64,000 nucleotides of DNA from Gammaproteobacteria bacterium (GCA_965223095.1 OZ244979.1:1525744-1589743); one strand, 5' to 3'; shown: positions 26,578-35,382, counted from the first letter of the stretch. The notes: generated by a model not told the origin, from the letters alone. A program made the numbers and translations.

Positions 26578-26591
26578 GTTTTTCTAAGGGC

Positions 26592-27671
26592 TTAGTCCAG
26601 AGCCGCTAATTGCGCCGCTTGGTTTTCATGAATCAGCGGCTCAATGACGTGATCCAGGTTGCCTTCTAAAATCTCGTCCAGCTTGTAAAGCGTTAAATTA
26701 ATGCGGTGATCGGTGACGCGTCCTTGGGGAAAGTTGTAAGTGCGTATGCGTTCGGATCGATCACCCGAACCGACTAAACTCTTGCGCTCGGCGGCCTGTT
26801 CTTGTTGCGCTTTTTGCTCTTGGGCGTCCAATAGTCTGGCTTGCAGTAAAGACATCGCGCGGGCGCGGTTCTTGTGTTGCGAGCGTTCGTCTTGGCACTC
26901 CACCACGATGCCGGTGGGCAGATGCGTCAGGCGCACGGCCGAGTCGGTCTTGTTGACATGTTGACCGCCGGCACCTGATGCGCGATAGGTATCCACGCGC
27001 AGATCCGCCGTATTGACTTCGATGTCCGCACCGGCCGCAGCCTCGGCCAGAACGGCTACGGTACAGGCCGAGGTGTGAATGCGGCCCTGGGCTTCCGTGG
27101 CAGGCACCCGTTGCACCCGATGCGCCCCAGATTCGAATTTGAGCTGCGAGTAGGCGCCGCGGCCGTCGATGCGGCTCACAATTTCTTTGTACCCGCCGTG
27201 CTCGCCTTCGCTGCTATTCAATATTTCCAGCGACCAGCCGCGTCCTTCCGCATATTTGCTGTACATGCGGAACAGGTCGCCGGCGAACAGAGCAGCTTCA
27301 TCGCCGCCCGTACCGGCGCGAATCTCCAGATAGATGTTGGCGTCATCCCGCGGATCCTTCGGTAACAAGAAAACTTGCAGTTGGCTTTCTAAGTCCGCCA
27401 GACGCTCATTCAATAGGGTTATTTCATCTTCGCCCAGGGCGCGAATTTCGGCATCGTCATCCTTGAGCATCTCTTCAGCCGCGGCGTGGTCGGCCCGGGC
27501 CGCTTCGAAGGTCTGTACCAGCGATACCACAGGTTCGAGTTGCGCGTATTCAACGGACAAATCGCGGAATCGGTTTTGGTCGCCAATGACCTCCGGGTCA
27601 GACAGGAGCTGCCCCAGTTCTTCCGACCGATTAACCAGCCGGTGCAATTTGTCCACGATGCCCTGTTTCAC
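26592..27671 (-). CDS. prfA: Peptide chain release factor 1
   Basis: 359 aa with a GTG start, the RF1 PxT tripeptide (VPATE) and the GGQ motif (SGAGGQHVN). It is collinear with E. coli RF1 from the first residues. Confidence 0.97.
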   Translation of the reverse strand: MKQGIVDKLHRLVNRSEELGQLLSDPEVIGDQNRFRDLSVEYAQLEPVVSLVQTFEAARADHAAAEEMLKDDDAEIRALGEDEITLLNERLADLESQLQVFLLPKDPRDDANIYLEIRAGTGGDEAALFAGDLFRMYSKYAEGRGWSLEILNSSEGEHGGYKEIVSRIDGRGAYSQLKFESGAHRVQRVPATEAQGRIHTSACTVAVLAEAAAGADIEVNTADLRVDTYRASGAGGQHVNKTDSAVRLTHLPTGIVVECQDERSQHKNRARAMSLLQARLLDAQEQKAQQEQAAERKSLVGSGDRSERIRTYNFPQGRVTDHRINLTLYKLDEILEGNLDHVIEPLIHENQAAQLAALD

Positions 27672-27689
27672 AGCGGCTATTATCCTGTA
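27668..27689 (+). repeat. 22-bp direct repeat, copy 1 (TCACAGCGGCTATTATCCTGTA)
   Basis: Identical to 30494-30515. This copy contains the complement of the prfA GTG start codon. Confidence 0.9.
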
Positions 27690-27709
27690 TTGGTATCGAC
27701 GGGGATGTT

Positions 27710-27783
27710 TGGGGTCAAAGTCAAGACCGTCAACGATTGCTTGTCGACAAAAATATTCCGGTCGGGTTTTTACTCTGGCCCCA
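27710..27783. mobile_element. 74-bp mini-element consisting of two degenerate copies of the MITE terminal repeat
   Basis: It starts TGGGGTCAAAGTCAAGAC and ends GTTTTTACTCTGGCCCCA. Compare the MITE termini TGGGGTCAGAGTAAAAAC and GTTTTTACTCTGACCCCA. Confidence 0.45.
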
Positions 27784-27838
27784 ACTAATCATAGCAAAGC
27801 CAAAAATAATGAGGATTCGCACTTCGATGATTGCATAG

Positions 27839-28126
27839 CGTTCTGCTAAGCAACCGATCAGCGACCTCTCTATTGAGACCAGCAGCCCAAACACAACTTC
27901 TAGCCAAGCAATTTCCTCCTTCCGGCTATCGGGTAAGCCGACACAGAATGCGTACGTTGAACGCAATAACCGAACCGTGCGCCATGAGTGGCTGGATTTG
28001 CACGTGTTCGATACTGTCGAGCGGGTACAGCAGCTTGCGACAGAATGGCTGTGGATATATAACAACGAACGCGCCAACTCAGCCATCGGTGGTGTTCCCC
28101 CAAGAAGCTTGTTGACGGCAGCCTGA
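27839..28126 (+). pseudogene. Decayed C-terminal remnant of an IS3-family transposase (OrfB, rve tail)
   Basis: My translation of this frame gives ...SGKPTQNAYVERNNRTVRHEWLDLHVFDTVERVQQLATEWLWIYNNERANSAIGGVPPRSLLTAA*. This is the conserved GKPxxNAxxExFNxxxRxE...YNxxRPHSxLG tail of DDE(rve) transposases. There is no start codon or catalytic core, and a stop lies at 27836-27838. Confidence 0.65.
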
Positions 28127-28176
28127 TTTTCTATGAATGATCGCTGTGGGAAATGGGGGGTTACTGGTAAGGAAAA

Positions 28177-28227
28177 GGGTTCGAACCGATTTTTCAGCCG
28201 GCTAGCCAATAAAATCGGTTCGGCCCC
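28177..28227. repeat. Inverted pair of the recurrent AAAATCGGTTCGACCC-type motif (copies 1 and 2), forming a potential hairpin
   Basis: GGGTTCGAACCGATTTTT (28177-28194) faces AAAATCGGTTCGGCCCC (28211-28227) across a 16-nt spacer. Confidence 0.5.
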
Positions 28228-28257
28228 ATAAATAAATTGCTTTCGGCCGAGGGCTTG

Positions 28258-28875
28258 TTATTCCAGTCCAAATTCCTGCTTCTTTGGTTTGCGGTTGAAA
28301 CGCTGGCGAAATTCCGGCGAGGCCATCGCTTCGTAAAGGTCTTCTATGTAGGCCATGGCGGAAATGGGCGATTCCGCGTAGTAAACCATTTTCCAGCCAT
28401 CACCCGTTTTCCGCATAATGCCGGTGGCACGCAGATGTTCGCCCACCGGGGGGCGAGTGCCGATTTTAAATTCAGCCCAGACAAACCAGGTCGCTACGGC
28501 AAGATCGTCGGAAAGTGACTTCACGCGGATATTGGATGGCGTGTAATCCATGGCCTGAACTAATTTCGCACGAATCGGCGCATGAAAATACCAATCGAAG
28601 CTATCCCAGCCGATCACCCAATCTGCCATTTCTTCTGCCAGATACATCGGTGCCGGATCATTCTTGTCGAATAGCTCGTCTGGCTGTGGGTCATTCAGGT
28701 CGGTAAAATAAGCACCAAATTTCTCTACGACTTCCGCTACTGCTGCATGTACCTCAGGAGAGCTAAGCGATTTTTCGATGTCTGACGCATTGCGGGGCAT
28801 ATCATGGCCCCCTGCCAACCCAGTGTTGGAAAACAACAATAGGGATAATCCCGCGATAAATCCGATCGTTTTCAT
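28258..28875 (-). CDS. Secreted NTF2/SnoaL-like-fold protein of unknown function
   Basis: 205 aa with a signal peptide (MKTIGFIAGLSLLLFSNTGLAGG). The C-terminal part is NTF2-like (ATWFVWAEFKIG...LRATGIMRKTGDGWKMVYYAESP). Confidence 0.7.
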   Translation of the reverse strand: MKTIGFIAGLSLLLFSNTGLAGGHDMPRNASDIEKSLSSPEVHAAVAEVVEKFGAYFTDLNDPQPDELFDKNDPAPMYLAEEMADWVIGWDSFDWYFHAPIRAKLVQAMDYTPSNIRVKSLSDDLAVATWFVWAEFKIGTRPPVGEHLRATGIMRKTGDGWKMVYYAESPISAMAYIEDLYEAMASPEFRQRFNRKPKKQEFGLE

Positions 28876-28916
28876 AGCTGTCTCCTTGGTAAGTTGTTTT
28901 CTGCCGACCAGATTAA

Positions 28917-29264
28917 TGGGGTCAGAGTAAAAACTCTAGAGAGTGGGGTGAATTGCGGCTAGTCGACGGGTAGGGCATCGGTCAAACTGACAGATGTTTA
29001 GGCTTTGCTCGTGGGCTGGTGCCTAGAAAACGTCGTGTCTGTCCAGCGGGTTTGCCGGTCCACGTGGTTCAAGGTGGAAATAACCGCCAAGTCTGTCTTA
29101 CCTGTGATGCCGATCTTAAGGCGTGCGCCAACCGATTAAAGGAAGCGGCAGAGAAGTACTCTGTTGAGTGCATGCTTGGATCTTCATGACGAGCTGACCG
29201 GACAGCGACAGCAGCCACTCAAGCGCGGCCCCAGTCGTCGTAAATAGTTTTTACTCTGACCCCA
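28917..29264 (+). mobile_element. 348-bp MITE, copy A (IS3-type TG...CA termini, 18-bp terminal inverted repeats)
   Basis: The left end is TGGGGTCAGAGTAAAAACT and the right end is AGTTTTTACTCTGACCCCA. It is flanked by TAA (28914-16) and TAA (29265-67), a 3-bp duplication. By eye it is about 90% identical to copy B, and it has no long ORF. Confidence 0.8.
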
Positions 29265-30084
29265 TAATTTTTTTTTGCAAATTTTCATCGCGCACTTCTC
29301 GAAGCTTCCTTCCGATACTGACACCGATTTGACGCGTCAAAAAAGGAAAGTAACGGTGCGTCCACGACACAGCACTGGCGGCGCCCGGTAAGATCAAGTC
29401 ACGATTCTTTTCCATGCCTTTCAAAATTATTCGGGCGCACTTGCTAGCCTGCATCGGCTTGCCGGGACGTGACTTGAGAAAATGGTCGCGATCGACGTTA
29501 ATCCACTTGGCATTGCGGTCGATCTCGGTCTCGACTGCCGCTGGGCAGACACAGCTCACCTTGATCCCAAGCGGCTCGGCTTCGAGCCGCAACGACAAGC
29601 TCAACCCGACAACACCAAACTTGGCCGCCGCGTAGGAGGCGCCCGCGGGTAGCGGCACCAGGCCACCCAATGACGCGGTGTTGACGATATGACCGAACCC
29701 CTGTTTGACCATGCGCGGATAGGCTGCAGCGACGCCGTGCACCACGCCGTACAGGTTGACATCGATCACCCGTTTCCAATCGTCAAGCGAAAGATCGCGA
29801 ACCTCTCCGATCACGCCCATACCAGCGTTGTTAAAAAGTAGATCGATGCGGCCGTGTTCGGAGGCGACGCCCTCAATCCATGCTTCGACCTGATTCGCAT
29901 CACTGACGTCGACGACAGCCGTTTCCACATCGCCGATTTCACGCGCCGCGCTGCCTAGTGTATCGGCATCAATATCCGACATGACCACATGAGCGCCGAA
30001 GCGATGCAATCGCTGCGCGATGGCCTTGCCTATGCCAGACCCGGCACCGGTAACAACCGCAATCTTGCCGTCAAATGTGGTCAT
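29251..30084 (-). CDS. Classical short-chain dehydrogenase/reductase
   Basis: 277 aa with the TGxxxGIG motif (VVTGAGSGIGKAI), NNAG and a YxxxK motif (YAAAK). The last four codons and the stop (..MGSE*) are encoded by the terminal repeat of MITE copy A. Confidence 0.9.
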   Translation of the reverse strand: MTTFDGKIAVVTGAGSGIGKAIAQRLHRFGAHVVMSDIDADTLGSAAREIGDVETAVVDVSDANQVEAWIEGVASEHGRIDLLFNNAGMGVIGEVRDLSLDDWKRVIDVNLYGVVHGVAAAYPRMVKQGFGHIVNTASLGGLVPLPAGASYAAAKFGVVGLSLSLRLEAEPLGIKVSCVCPAAVETEIDRNAKWINVDRDHFLKSRPGKPMQASKCARIILKGMEKNRDLILPGAASAVSWTHRYFPFLTRQIGVSIGRKLREVRDENLQKKIMGSE

Positions 30085-30138
30085 TTGTCTCTCCCTGCGG
30101 TTCGGTACAGCGCACCGATCTTACTCTCATCTAATTAA

Positions 30139-30486
30139 TGGGGTCAGAGTAAAAACTCTAGAGAGTGGGGTGAATTGCGGCTAGTTGACGGGTAGGGCGT
30201 CGGTCAAACTGGCAAATGTCTAGGATTTGCTTGTGGGCTGGTGCCTCAAAAAAGTCGTCTCTGTCCTGCGGGTTCGCCGGTCCACGTGGTTCAACGGGGA
30301 AGTAACCGCCAAGTCTGTTTTACCTGTGATGCCGATCTTAAGTGTGCGCTAACTGGTTAACGGAGGCGGCAGAGAAGTACTCTGTTGTAGTTCAAACTTG
30401 GGCCTTCATGACGAGCTTACCGGACAGCCGCAGCAGCCACTCAAGCGCGGCCCCAGTCGTCGTAAATAGTTTTTACTCTGACCCCA
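30139..30486 (+). mobile_element. 348-bp MITE, copy B (same orientation as copy A)
   Basis: It has the same 18-bp termini as copy A and lies 54 bp upstream of the SDR start codon. The flanks are TAA and TGA, an imperfect duplication. A partial extra right-end-like sequence (CTTACTCTCATCTAATTAA) abuts its left end. Confidence 0.8.
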
Positions 30487-30493
30487 TGAATCG

Positions 30494-30515
30494 TCACAGC
30501 GGCTATTATCCTGTA
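30494..30515 (+). repeat. 22-bp direct repeat, copy 2 (TCACAGCGGCTATTATCCTGTA)
   Basis: Identical to 27668-27689. It ends 1 nt before the ATG of the TPR lipoprotein gene. Confidence 0.9.
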
Positions 30516-30516
30516 C

Positions 30517-32220
30517 ATGGGCGACGCGACGCACAGCTATCTGGCCGCTGTTCTGAAAAGAGGCTTGCTGCTCGCGCTGCTGGCCATTCTGGCTAGCTGC
30601 GGGCGCGCCATGCGCGAGGTCACCGCGCCGGTCAATTACGTACCGAATTCCGGCTATCACTTGTTAATGGCCGAAATCGCGCTGCAGCGCGGGGCCTACG
30701 CGGTAGCCGCCCAGGAATATTTAACGGCCGCCGAACGCAGCGAGGATGTCGCCACGGCCCGGCGCGCCACCGAGTTTAATTTTGACTATGGCTTCGATGC
30801 GTATGCGCTGCGCAGCGCCCAGCGATGGTTGTTCCTGGAAGCCGACAGCACCACGGCGCGGGAATACCTGGGGCGTTTGTATTTGCGCCGGCACGATGTG
30901 GATCAGGCCCAGGAGAATTTTGCGGTCGTCTTGGGCCCGCCCGCGCAACGCAGCGGCAGCGACTATCGCCTGCTAGCGGATGACTTGGCGAACGAGGCCA
31001 ACGTGGATGCGGTGTTGCGCCTGCTATTGGTCTTGGAGCACAAACAGCAAGCGCCGTTGAGTTCGGGTTACCGATTGGCTGTGGCCGAGGCGGCGTTGCG
31101 GGCGGGTGCTGTTCCATTGGCGGTCTACTCGGCCGGGCAAGCCGCCGGCAGCGGGGAATTGGGCGCAGCGGCGCAATTGGCGCTAAGTCGCGCCTTGCTG
31201 ATGGACGGCCGGTCCACTGAAGCCTTGGAGCGCATGGCTGCCTTGCTGGCGGATGAGCCCACGGCGGAGATCGAGTTGGAGTTCGTGAGTTTGGCGGCGG
31301 CGGCAGGCGAGACGGAATTGGCTGAACGCGCATTGCAAAGTTTGATCACCGCGCGCGGTGCCGGTGGCGAGCGATTACGCCTGCGGGCGCTGATGGCCTT
31401 ATCAGCCGGTGAACTGGATCAGGCGGATCAGCTGTTTAATGATTTAGCCGCTAGCGGCTACAAAATTTATGAAGCTTTTTACTATCTCGGCCAAATCGCT
31501 GCCGAGCAGAAGCAATTCGATGCCGCGATCCGCTACCTGCAGCGCATCAGTGCGGGTCGTTTTCTATTGCCCGCGCAATTTCAGATCGCCGCGGTGCAGG
31601 TGCAGGCCGGCGATGGCGAGGCGGCTCTGGCGCACCTGGATAAATTTGCCGCTGCCTATCCGCGCTATCGCTTCGACATGTTTCGCCATCGTGCCAGCCT
31701 ACTATCGCAGTTGCAGCGCTACGACGAGGCCCTAGCGTCGCTCAACGAAGCCATGGCTTATAAGCCTGAAAATTTAGACTTGTTGCTCGCGCGCGGCAGC
31801 TTGTTAGACCTACTCGGGCGCCTTGAACCCGCGCTGGAGGATTTCTATCGCGCATTACGCCTAGCACCTCAGCGCGCCGTGGTCTTAAATTCCTTGGGTT
31901 ATACCTTGGCCAATCGCACGCGCCGGTATGCCGAAGCCGAAAGCTATATTCGCCAAGCACTGCAGCTGGAACCACAAAGTTCCGCCATCATGGATAGCTT
32001 GGGGTGGGTGCTGTTCCGGCAGGGCCGGCTTGCCGAGGCGCGGAGCTATCTAGAAATCGCTTATCAGCGCCTGCCAGACCCCGAGGTGGCGGCACACTTG
32101 GGTGAAGTTTTGTGGGCCTTAGAGGACACCGCAGCCGCGCAAGAAATTTGGACGGCGGCTCGCGAATCATTTCCGGATAGCAAGCCCTTGCAAGAAACCT
32201 TGGAAAGATTATTGCCATGA
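30517..32220 (+). CDS. TPR-repeat lipoprotein, first gene of the lolB operon
   Basis: 567 aa with a lipobox (LAILASCG) and multiple TPR-like repeats. It is in the same position as the TPR gene upstream of lolB in Pseudomonas. It has a 4-nt overlap with lolB. Confidence 0.8.
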   Translation: MGDATHSYLAAVLKRGLLLALLAILASCGRAMREVTAPVNYVPNSGYHLLMAEIALQRGAYAVAAQEYLTAAERSEDVATARRATEFNFDYGFDAYALRSAQRWLFLEADSTTAREYLGRLYLRRHDVDQAQENFAVVLGPPAQRSGSDYRLLADDLANEANVDAVLRLLLVLEHKQQAPLSSGYRLAVAEAALRAGAVPLAVYSAGQAAGSGELGAAAQLALSRALLMDGRSTEALERMAALLADEPTAEIELEFVSLAAAAGETELAERALQSLITARGAGGERLRLRALMALSAGELDQADQLFNDLAASGYKIYEAFYYLGQIAAEQKQFDAAIRYLQRISAGRFLLPAQFQIAAVQVQAGDGEAALAHLDKFAAAYPRYRFDMFRHRASLLSQLQRYDEALASLNEAMAYKPENLDLLLARGSLLDLLGRLEPALEDFYRALRLAPQRAVVLNSLGYTLANRTRRYAEAESYIRQALQLEPQSSAIMDSLGWVLFRQGRLAEARSYLEIAYQRLPDPEVAAHLGEVLWALEDTAAAQEIWTAARESFPDSKPLQETLERLLP

Positions 32221-32831
32221 ATTATCGGTTGCTCAGCTTGTTGGGCTTACTCGTCAGCTTGTCGGCTTGCAGCCTGCAGCGCTCAGCACCGGGGGGGCCA
32301 TTTGATTGGGATGATCGGCGTTCGGTGCTCAGCAGCGTATCGGCTTGGGAGCTTCGGGGCCGGGTGGCCATCAAGTCGGATCAGGGCGGCGGCCAAGGCA
32401 AACTAGCCTGGACCCAACGCGACGATGAAGCCCAGGTAAGTATTGCCGGGCCCTTCGGCGCCGGGGCGGTGGAAATTCGCTGGACCCAGGATGAAATTCT
32501 GATCACCAACGGCCGAGGGGAGGTGACGGCGGGACTGGCCGGGCCCGACGCGGCATCGAGATTTCTGCAAGCGCAGCTGGGCTGGAGTTTTCCTGTTCTC
32601 AGCACGCCTTATTGGCTCCTGGGCGTGCCGAATCCGGCCGCAGCTTACCGCGAAAGCTTTGATGCGCAGGGCTGGTTGCAGACCATCGAGCAACAAGATT
32701 GGACCATTCGCTATGACGGTTTTGTCGAGCGGGCAGGGCAATGGTTGCCGCGCAAACTGAGTCTGCAGAGCACCGAGGGCCGATTGCGCGTGGTCCTTGA
32801 CCACTGGGAACCCGCCACCGGTCGTCCCTGA
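32217..32831 (+). CDS. lolB: Outer-membrane lipoprotein receptor LolB
   Basis: 204 aa with a lipobox (LVSLSACS) and a LolB-like body (WELRGRVAIKSDQGGGQGKLAWTQ...). It is in the conserved position upstream of tRNA-Gln and prs. Confidence 0.8.
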   Translation: MNYRLLSLLGLLVSLSACSLQRSAPGGPFDWDDRRSVLSSVSAWELRGRVAIKSDQGGGQGKLAWTQRDDEAQVSIAGPFGAGAVEIRWTQDEILITNGRGEVTAGLAGPDAASRFLQAQLGWSFPVLSTPYWLLGVPNPAAAYRESFDAQGWLQTIEQQDWTIRYDGFVERAGQWLPRKLSLQSTEGRLRVVLDHWEPATGRP

Positions 32832-32940
32832 GATCTCCTCGCGACCGGAGGCCCCGCGCTAAGTCCGCGGCTTAGCCGCGCAAGGGACCTTGGGGTCTGC
32901 AACCGTTCAGGGCCTCGGCCGCAATTCACGCCGACAACAA

Positions 32941-32969
32941 TTGCAGTGCCCTCGCCAGAATTGCACAAT
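32941..32969 (+). promoter_or_regulatory. Possible sigma70 promoter for tRNA-Gln
   Basis: TTGCAG-N17-CACAAT lies about 50 nt upstream of the tRNA. This is a weak call based on pattern only. Confidence 0.3.
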
Positions 32970-33019
32970 ACTGCTCCGCACCGGAGCCCACCCCCGTCGC
33001 GGTGTCCGGGGCAAGCGGT

Positions 33020-33094
33020 TGGGGTGTAGCCAAGTGGTAAGGCAACGGGTTTTGATCCCGTCATGCGCAGGTTCGAATCCTGCCACCCCAGCCA
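33020..33094 (+). tRNA. tRNA-Gln (anticodon TTG)
   Basis: I folded the cloverleaf by hand. The acceptor is TGGGGTG/CACCCCA, the anticodon stem is ACGGG/CCCGT with loop TTTTGAT, the T-arm contains GGTTCGAATCC, and the 3' CCA is encoded. Confidence 0.95.
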
Positions 33095-33155
33095 TTTCTT
33101 CCAGCAACAGCGCGAGCAAGCCGTGAACAACAAGAAAGAGCTGGTTATCCCCAAC

Positions 33156-34094
33156 ATGGCGGTCTTTTCGGGGAACGCAAATCCCGCGCTGGCGCAAAAA
33201 GTTGCTCGGCACCTGACCTTGCCCTTGGGCAAAATCCAGGTGGGCCGTTTTAGCGATGGCGAGATTGCCGTTGAGATTTTCGAGAACGTGCGCGGTAAAG
33301 AGGTTTTTATCGTTCAGTCCACCTGCCCGCCCGTCAACGACAATTTGATGGAAATGCTGGTCATGGCCGATGCGCTGCGCCGTGCATCGGTGGCCCGGAT
33401 CACGGCGGTGGTCCCCTATTTTGGCTATGCCCGGCAAGACCGGCGCCCGCGCGCCGCCCGGGTGCCTATTACGGCTCGACTGGCCGCGGGCATGATTGCC
33501 ACCGCCGGCGTGGACCGGGTGCTCACAGTTGATTTGCATGCCGATCAAATCCAGGGCTTCTTTTCTATACCGGTGGACAATGTCTACGCCTCGCCCGTGT
33601 TATTGGGCGATTTGTGGCGGCGCAAGTACGCGGACATGGTGGTCGTATCCCCGGACATCGGCGGTGTTGTGCGCGCCCGGGCCATTGCCAAGCGCATGGA
33701 TGACGCGGATCTGGCCATCATCGATAAGCGCCGTCCGCGCCCCAATGAATCCGAAGTCATGAATATCATCGGCGAGGTTGAGGGTAAGACCTGCGTGCTC
33801 ATTGACGACATGGTGGATACTGCCGGGACCTTATGCCTTGCGGCCGCGGCGCTCAAAGAGCACGGGGCCAAACGGGTGGTCGCCTATATCACCCACCCGA
33901 TCTTGTCGGGTCCTGCCGTGGAACGTTTGCGCGAGTCGGTTTTGGATGAATTGGTGGTCACGGACACCGTGCCCCTGTCCAAGGAAGCGGTAGATATTGG
34001 CAAGATTCGCCAGCTCAGCGTGGCCGAGCTCTTGGCTGAGACCATGCGCCGCATGAGTGTGGACGAGTCGGTCAGTTCGCTTTACGTGGACTAG
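33156..34094 (+). CDS. prs: Ribose-phosphate pyrophosphokinase
   Basis: The start is set at [16 protein letters not shown] (a GTG at 33123 is an alternative); the ORF opening at 33063 lies inside the tRNA. It has the conserved PRPP synthetase motifs ([30 protein letters not shown]). Confidence 0.95.
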   Translation: MAVFSGNANPALAQKVARHLTLPLGKIQVGRFSDGEIAVEIFENVRGKEVFIVQSTCPPVNDNLMEMLVMADALRRASVARITAVVPYFGYARQDRRPRAARVPITARLAAGMIATAGVDRVLTVDLHADQIQGFFSIPVDNVYASPVLLGDLWRRKYADMVVVSPDIGGVVRARAIAKRMDDADLAIIDKRRPRPNESEVMNIIGEVEGKTCVLIDDMVDTAGTLCLAAAALKEHGAKRVVAYITHPILSGPAVERLRESVLDELVVTDTVPLSKEAVDIGKIRQLSVAELLAETMRRMSVDESVSSLYVD

Positions 34095-34233
34095 CCGCGG
34101 ACATAATCCGCCGATCCCGATTTGACCTGGCCGAAATCTTGGCCATGCGCTATGATCCGCGCCCCCTTTGGGGAACCCAGCCGCGGCCGGTCGCAGGCCG
34201 TAGCACCGATTAGAACGATCCCAGGAGGTCATC

Positions 34234-34917
34234 ATGTCCAAGGGTTTTGAACTGATCGCGGATTTCCGGGAGGACGCGGGGAAAGGTGCGAGCCGCCGCC
34301 TGCGTCGTGAAGGAAAGGTGCCCGCGATAATGTATGGCGGTGGTAAACCGCCGCGCTCGCTGTCCTTCGACAGCAATACTTTGCTCAATCACATGGCGCA
34401 GGAAGCCTTTTTTTCCAGCGTACTCACGGTCAAAGTCGGTGATAAAGAGCAACCGTCGGTTTTGAAAGATGTGCAAATGCATCCGGCCAAGCGGCAGATC
34501 GTGCATATCGATTTACAGCGCATTGTTGCGACGGAGAAAATTCGCATGTCGGTGCCCTTCCATTTTCTCAATGAGGAAACTGCCCAGGCGGTCAAGCTGG
34601 GCGGGGGTACAGTTTCGCATTTGATGTCGGAAATCGAAGTTTCTTGTTTGCCAAAAGACTTGCCGGAGTATATTGAGGTTGACGTTCAAGACTTAGAACT
34701 CGATCAAATTTTGCATCTGTCGGAAATTTCCATACCCGAGGGCGTTGAAATACCCGATTTGATCAACGACAACGATCAACCTGTCGTCACTATTCATATC
34801 TTGAAAGTGGCGGTTGAGCCGGAGCCCGAAGAGGAAGAGGTCGCTGAAGGCGAGGCCGCAGAGGCAAGCGAAGAGGGTGAAGCCAAGGAAGAGGGCGAAA
34901 AGTCCGAGGATTCTTGA
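34234..34917 (+). CDS. rplY: 50S ribosomal protein L25 / general stress protein Ctc (long form)
   Basis: 227 aa with an L25 N-domain (GKGASRRLRREGKVPAIMYGG) and an acidic E-rich C-terminal tail. It lies between prs and pth. Confidence 0.93.
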   Translation: MSKGFELIADFREDAGKGASRRLRREGKVPAIMYGGGKPPRSLSFDSNTLLNHMAQEAFFSSVLTVKVGDKEQPSVLKDVQMHPAKRQIVHIDLQRIVATEKIRMSVPFHFLNEETAQAVKLGGGTVSHLMSEIEVSCLPKDLPEYIEVDVQDLELDQILHLSEISIPEGVEIPDLINDNDQPVVTIHILKVAVEPEPEEEEVAEGEAAEASEEGEAKEEGEKSEDS

Positions 34918-34940
34918 TTCATCTTTGTTGCCTGATACGG

Positions 34941-34972
34941 AAAAAGCCGCGATTTACGCGGCTTTTTCTTTT
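34941..34972 (+). terminator. Rho-independent terminator after rplY
   Basis: AAAAAGCCGCG-ATTTA-CGCGGCTTTTTCTTTT is a perfect GC-rich stem followed by a T-tract. Confidence 0.8.
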
Positions 34973-35052
34973 GCAGGCGTTCTTTCAATGTGCTGGAAGT
35001 AGATTCAAGTGAGCTGCTAGACTTTTCCAGATATTTGTTTGGACGGATAACG

Positions 35053-35382
35053 GTGGCTTATCTCTATTTAGGCGTCGCGATCATTGCCGAAGTCATCGCG
35101 ACCAGCGCATTGAAGGCGTCCGGTGAGTTTACCAAGCTACTACCGAGCCTAGTGGTTGTAGCGGGCTACGGGGCGGCGTTCTATTTCATGACGCTGGCGC
35201 TAAGAAGCATACCGTTAGGCGTTACCTATGCGGTTTGGTCTGGCGTCGGTATGGTATTGATCGCCGTCGCGGGAATTTTTCTGTACAAAGAAATACCCGA
35301 CCTGCCGGCAGTTATAGGCATGGCTTTGATAATTTCGGGCGTTGTGGTTATGCATATGTTTTCGAAGACCGTTAGCGTCTAG
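35053..35382 (+). CDS. SMR-family small multidrug/quaternary-ammonium efflux protein
   Basis: The start is set at GTG 35053 (VAYLYLGVAIIAEVIATSALKAS...), giving the standard roughly 109-aa four-TM EmrE/SugE-like protein. The upstream part of the ORF lies immediately downstream of the rplY terminator and is not SMR-like. Confidence 0.85.
   Translation: MAYLYLGVAIIAEVIATSALKASGEFTKLLPSLVVVAGYGAAFYFMTLALRSIPLGVTYAVWSGVGMVLIAVAGIFLYKEIPDLPAVIGMALIISGVVVMHMFSKTVSV

Noticed and set aside
28917-29264. Tn3-family (TIME-type) origin of the MITE, because the termini start GGGGTC
   Set aside because: The inverted repeats are only 18 bp rather than about 38 bp. There is no 5-bp duplication (TTAAT versus ATAAT). 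With TG...CA boundaries, a 3-bp TAA duplication and an adjacent IS3 OrfB remnant fit an IS3-family origin better.
30136-30489. A target-site duplication for MITE copy B
   Set aside because: The flanks are TAA and TGA, matching at 2 of 3 positions, so this is not a clean duplication. Only copy A has a perfect 3-bp TAA/TAA. Inter-copy recombination or mutation could explain the mismatch, but I do not claim it.
30776-31333. A 185-aa Pro/Arg-rich ORF antisense to the TPR lipoprotein gene. Similar antisense ORFs lie inside mrdA, metH, the RND gene, hsdR, hsdM and others
   Set aside because: These are typical GC-rich antisense frame artefacts. They have low-complexity composition, no RBS or family resemblance, and are fully embedded in well-supported genes on the other strand.
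32711-33548. Minus-strand ORFs of 173 and 213 aa spanning the lolB end, tRNA-Gln and the prs start
   Set aside because: They run through a tRNA gene and are antisense to prs. They show no family features.
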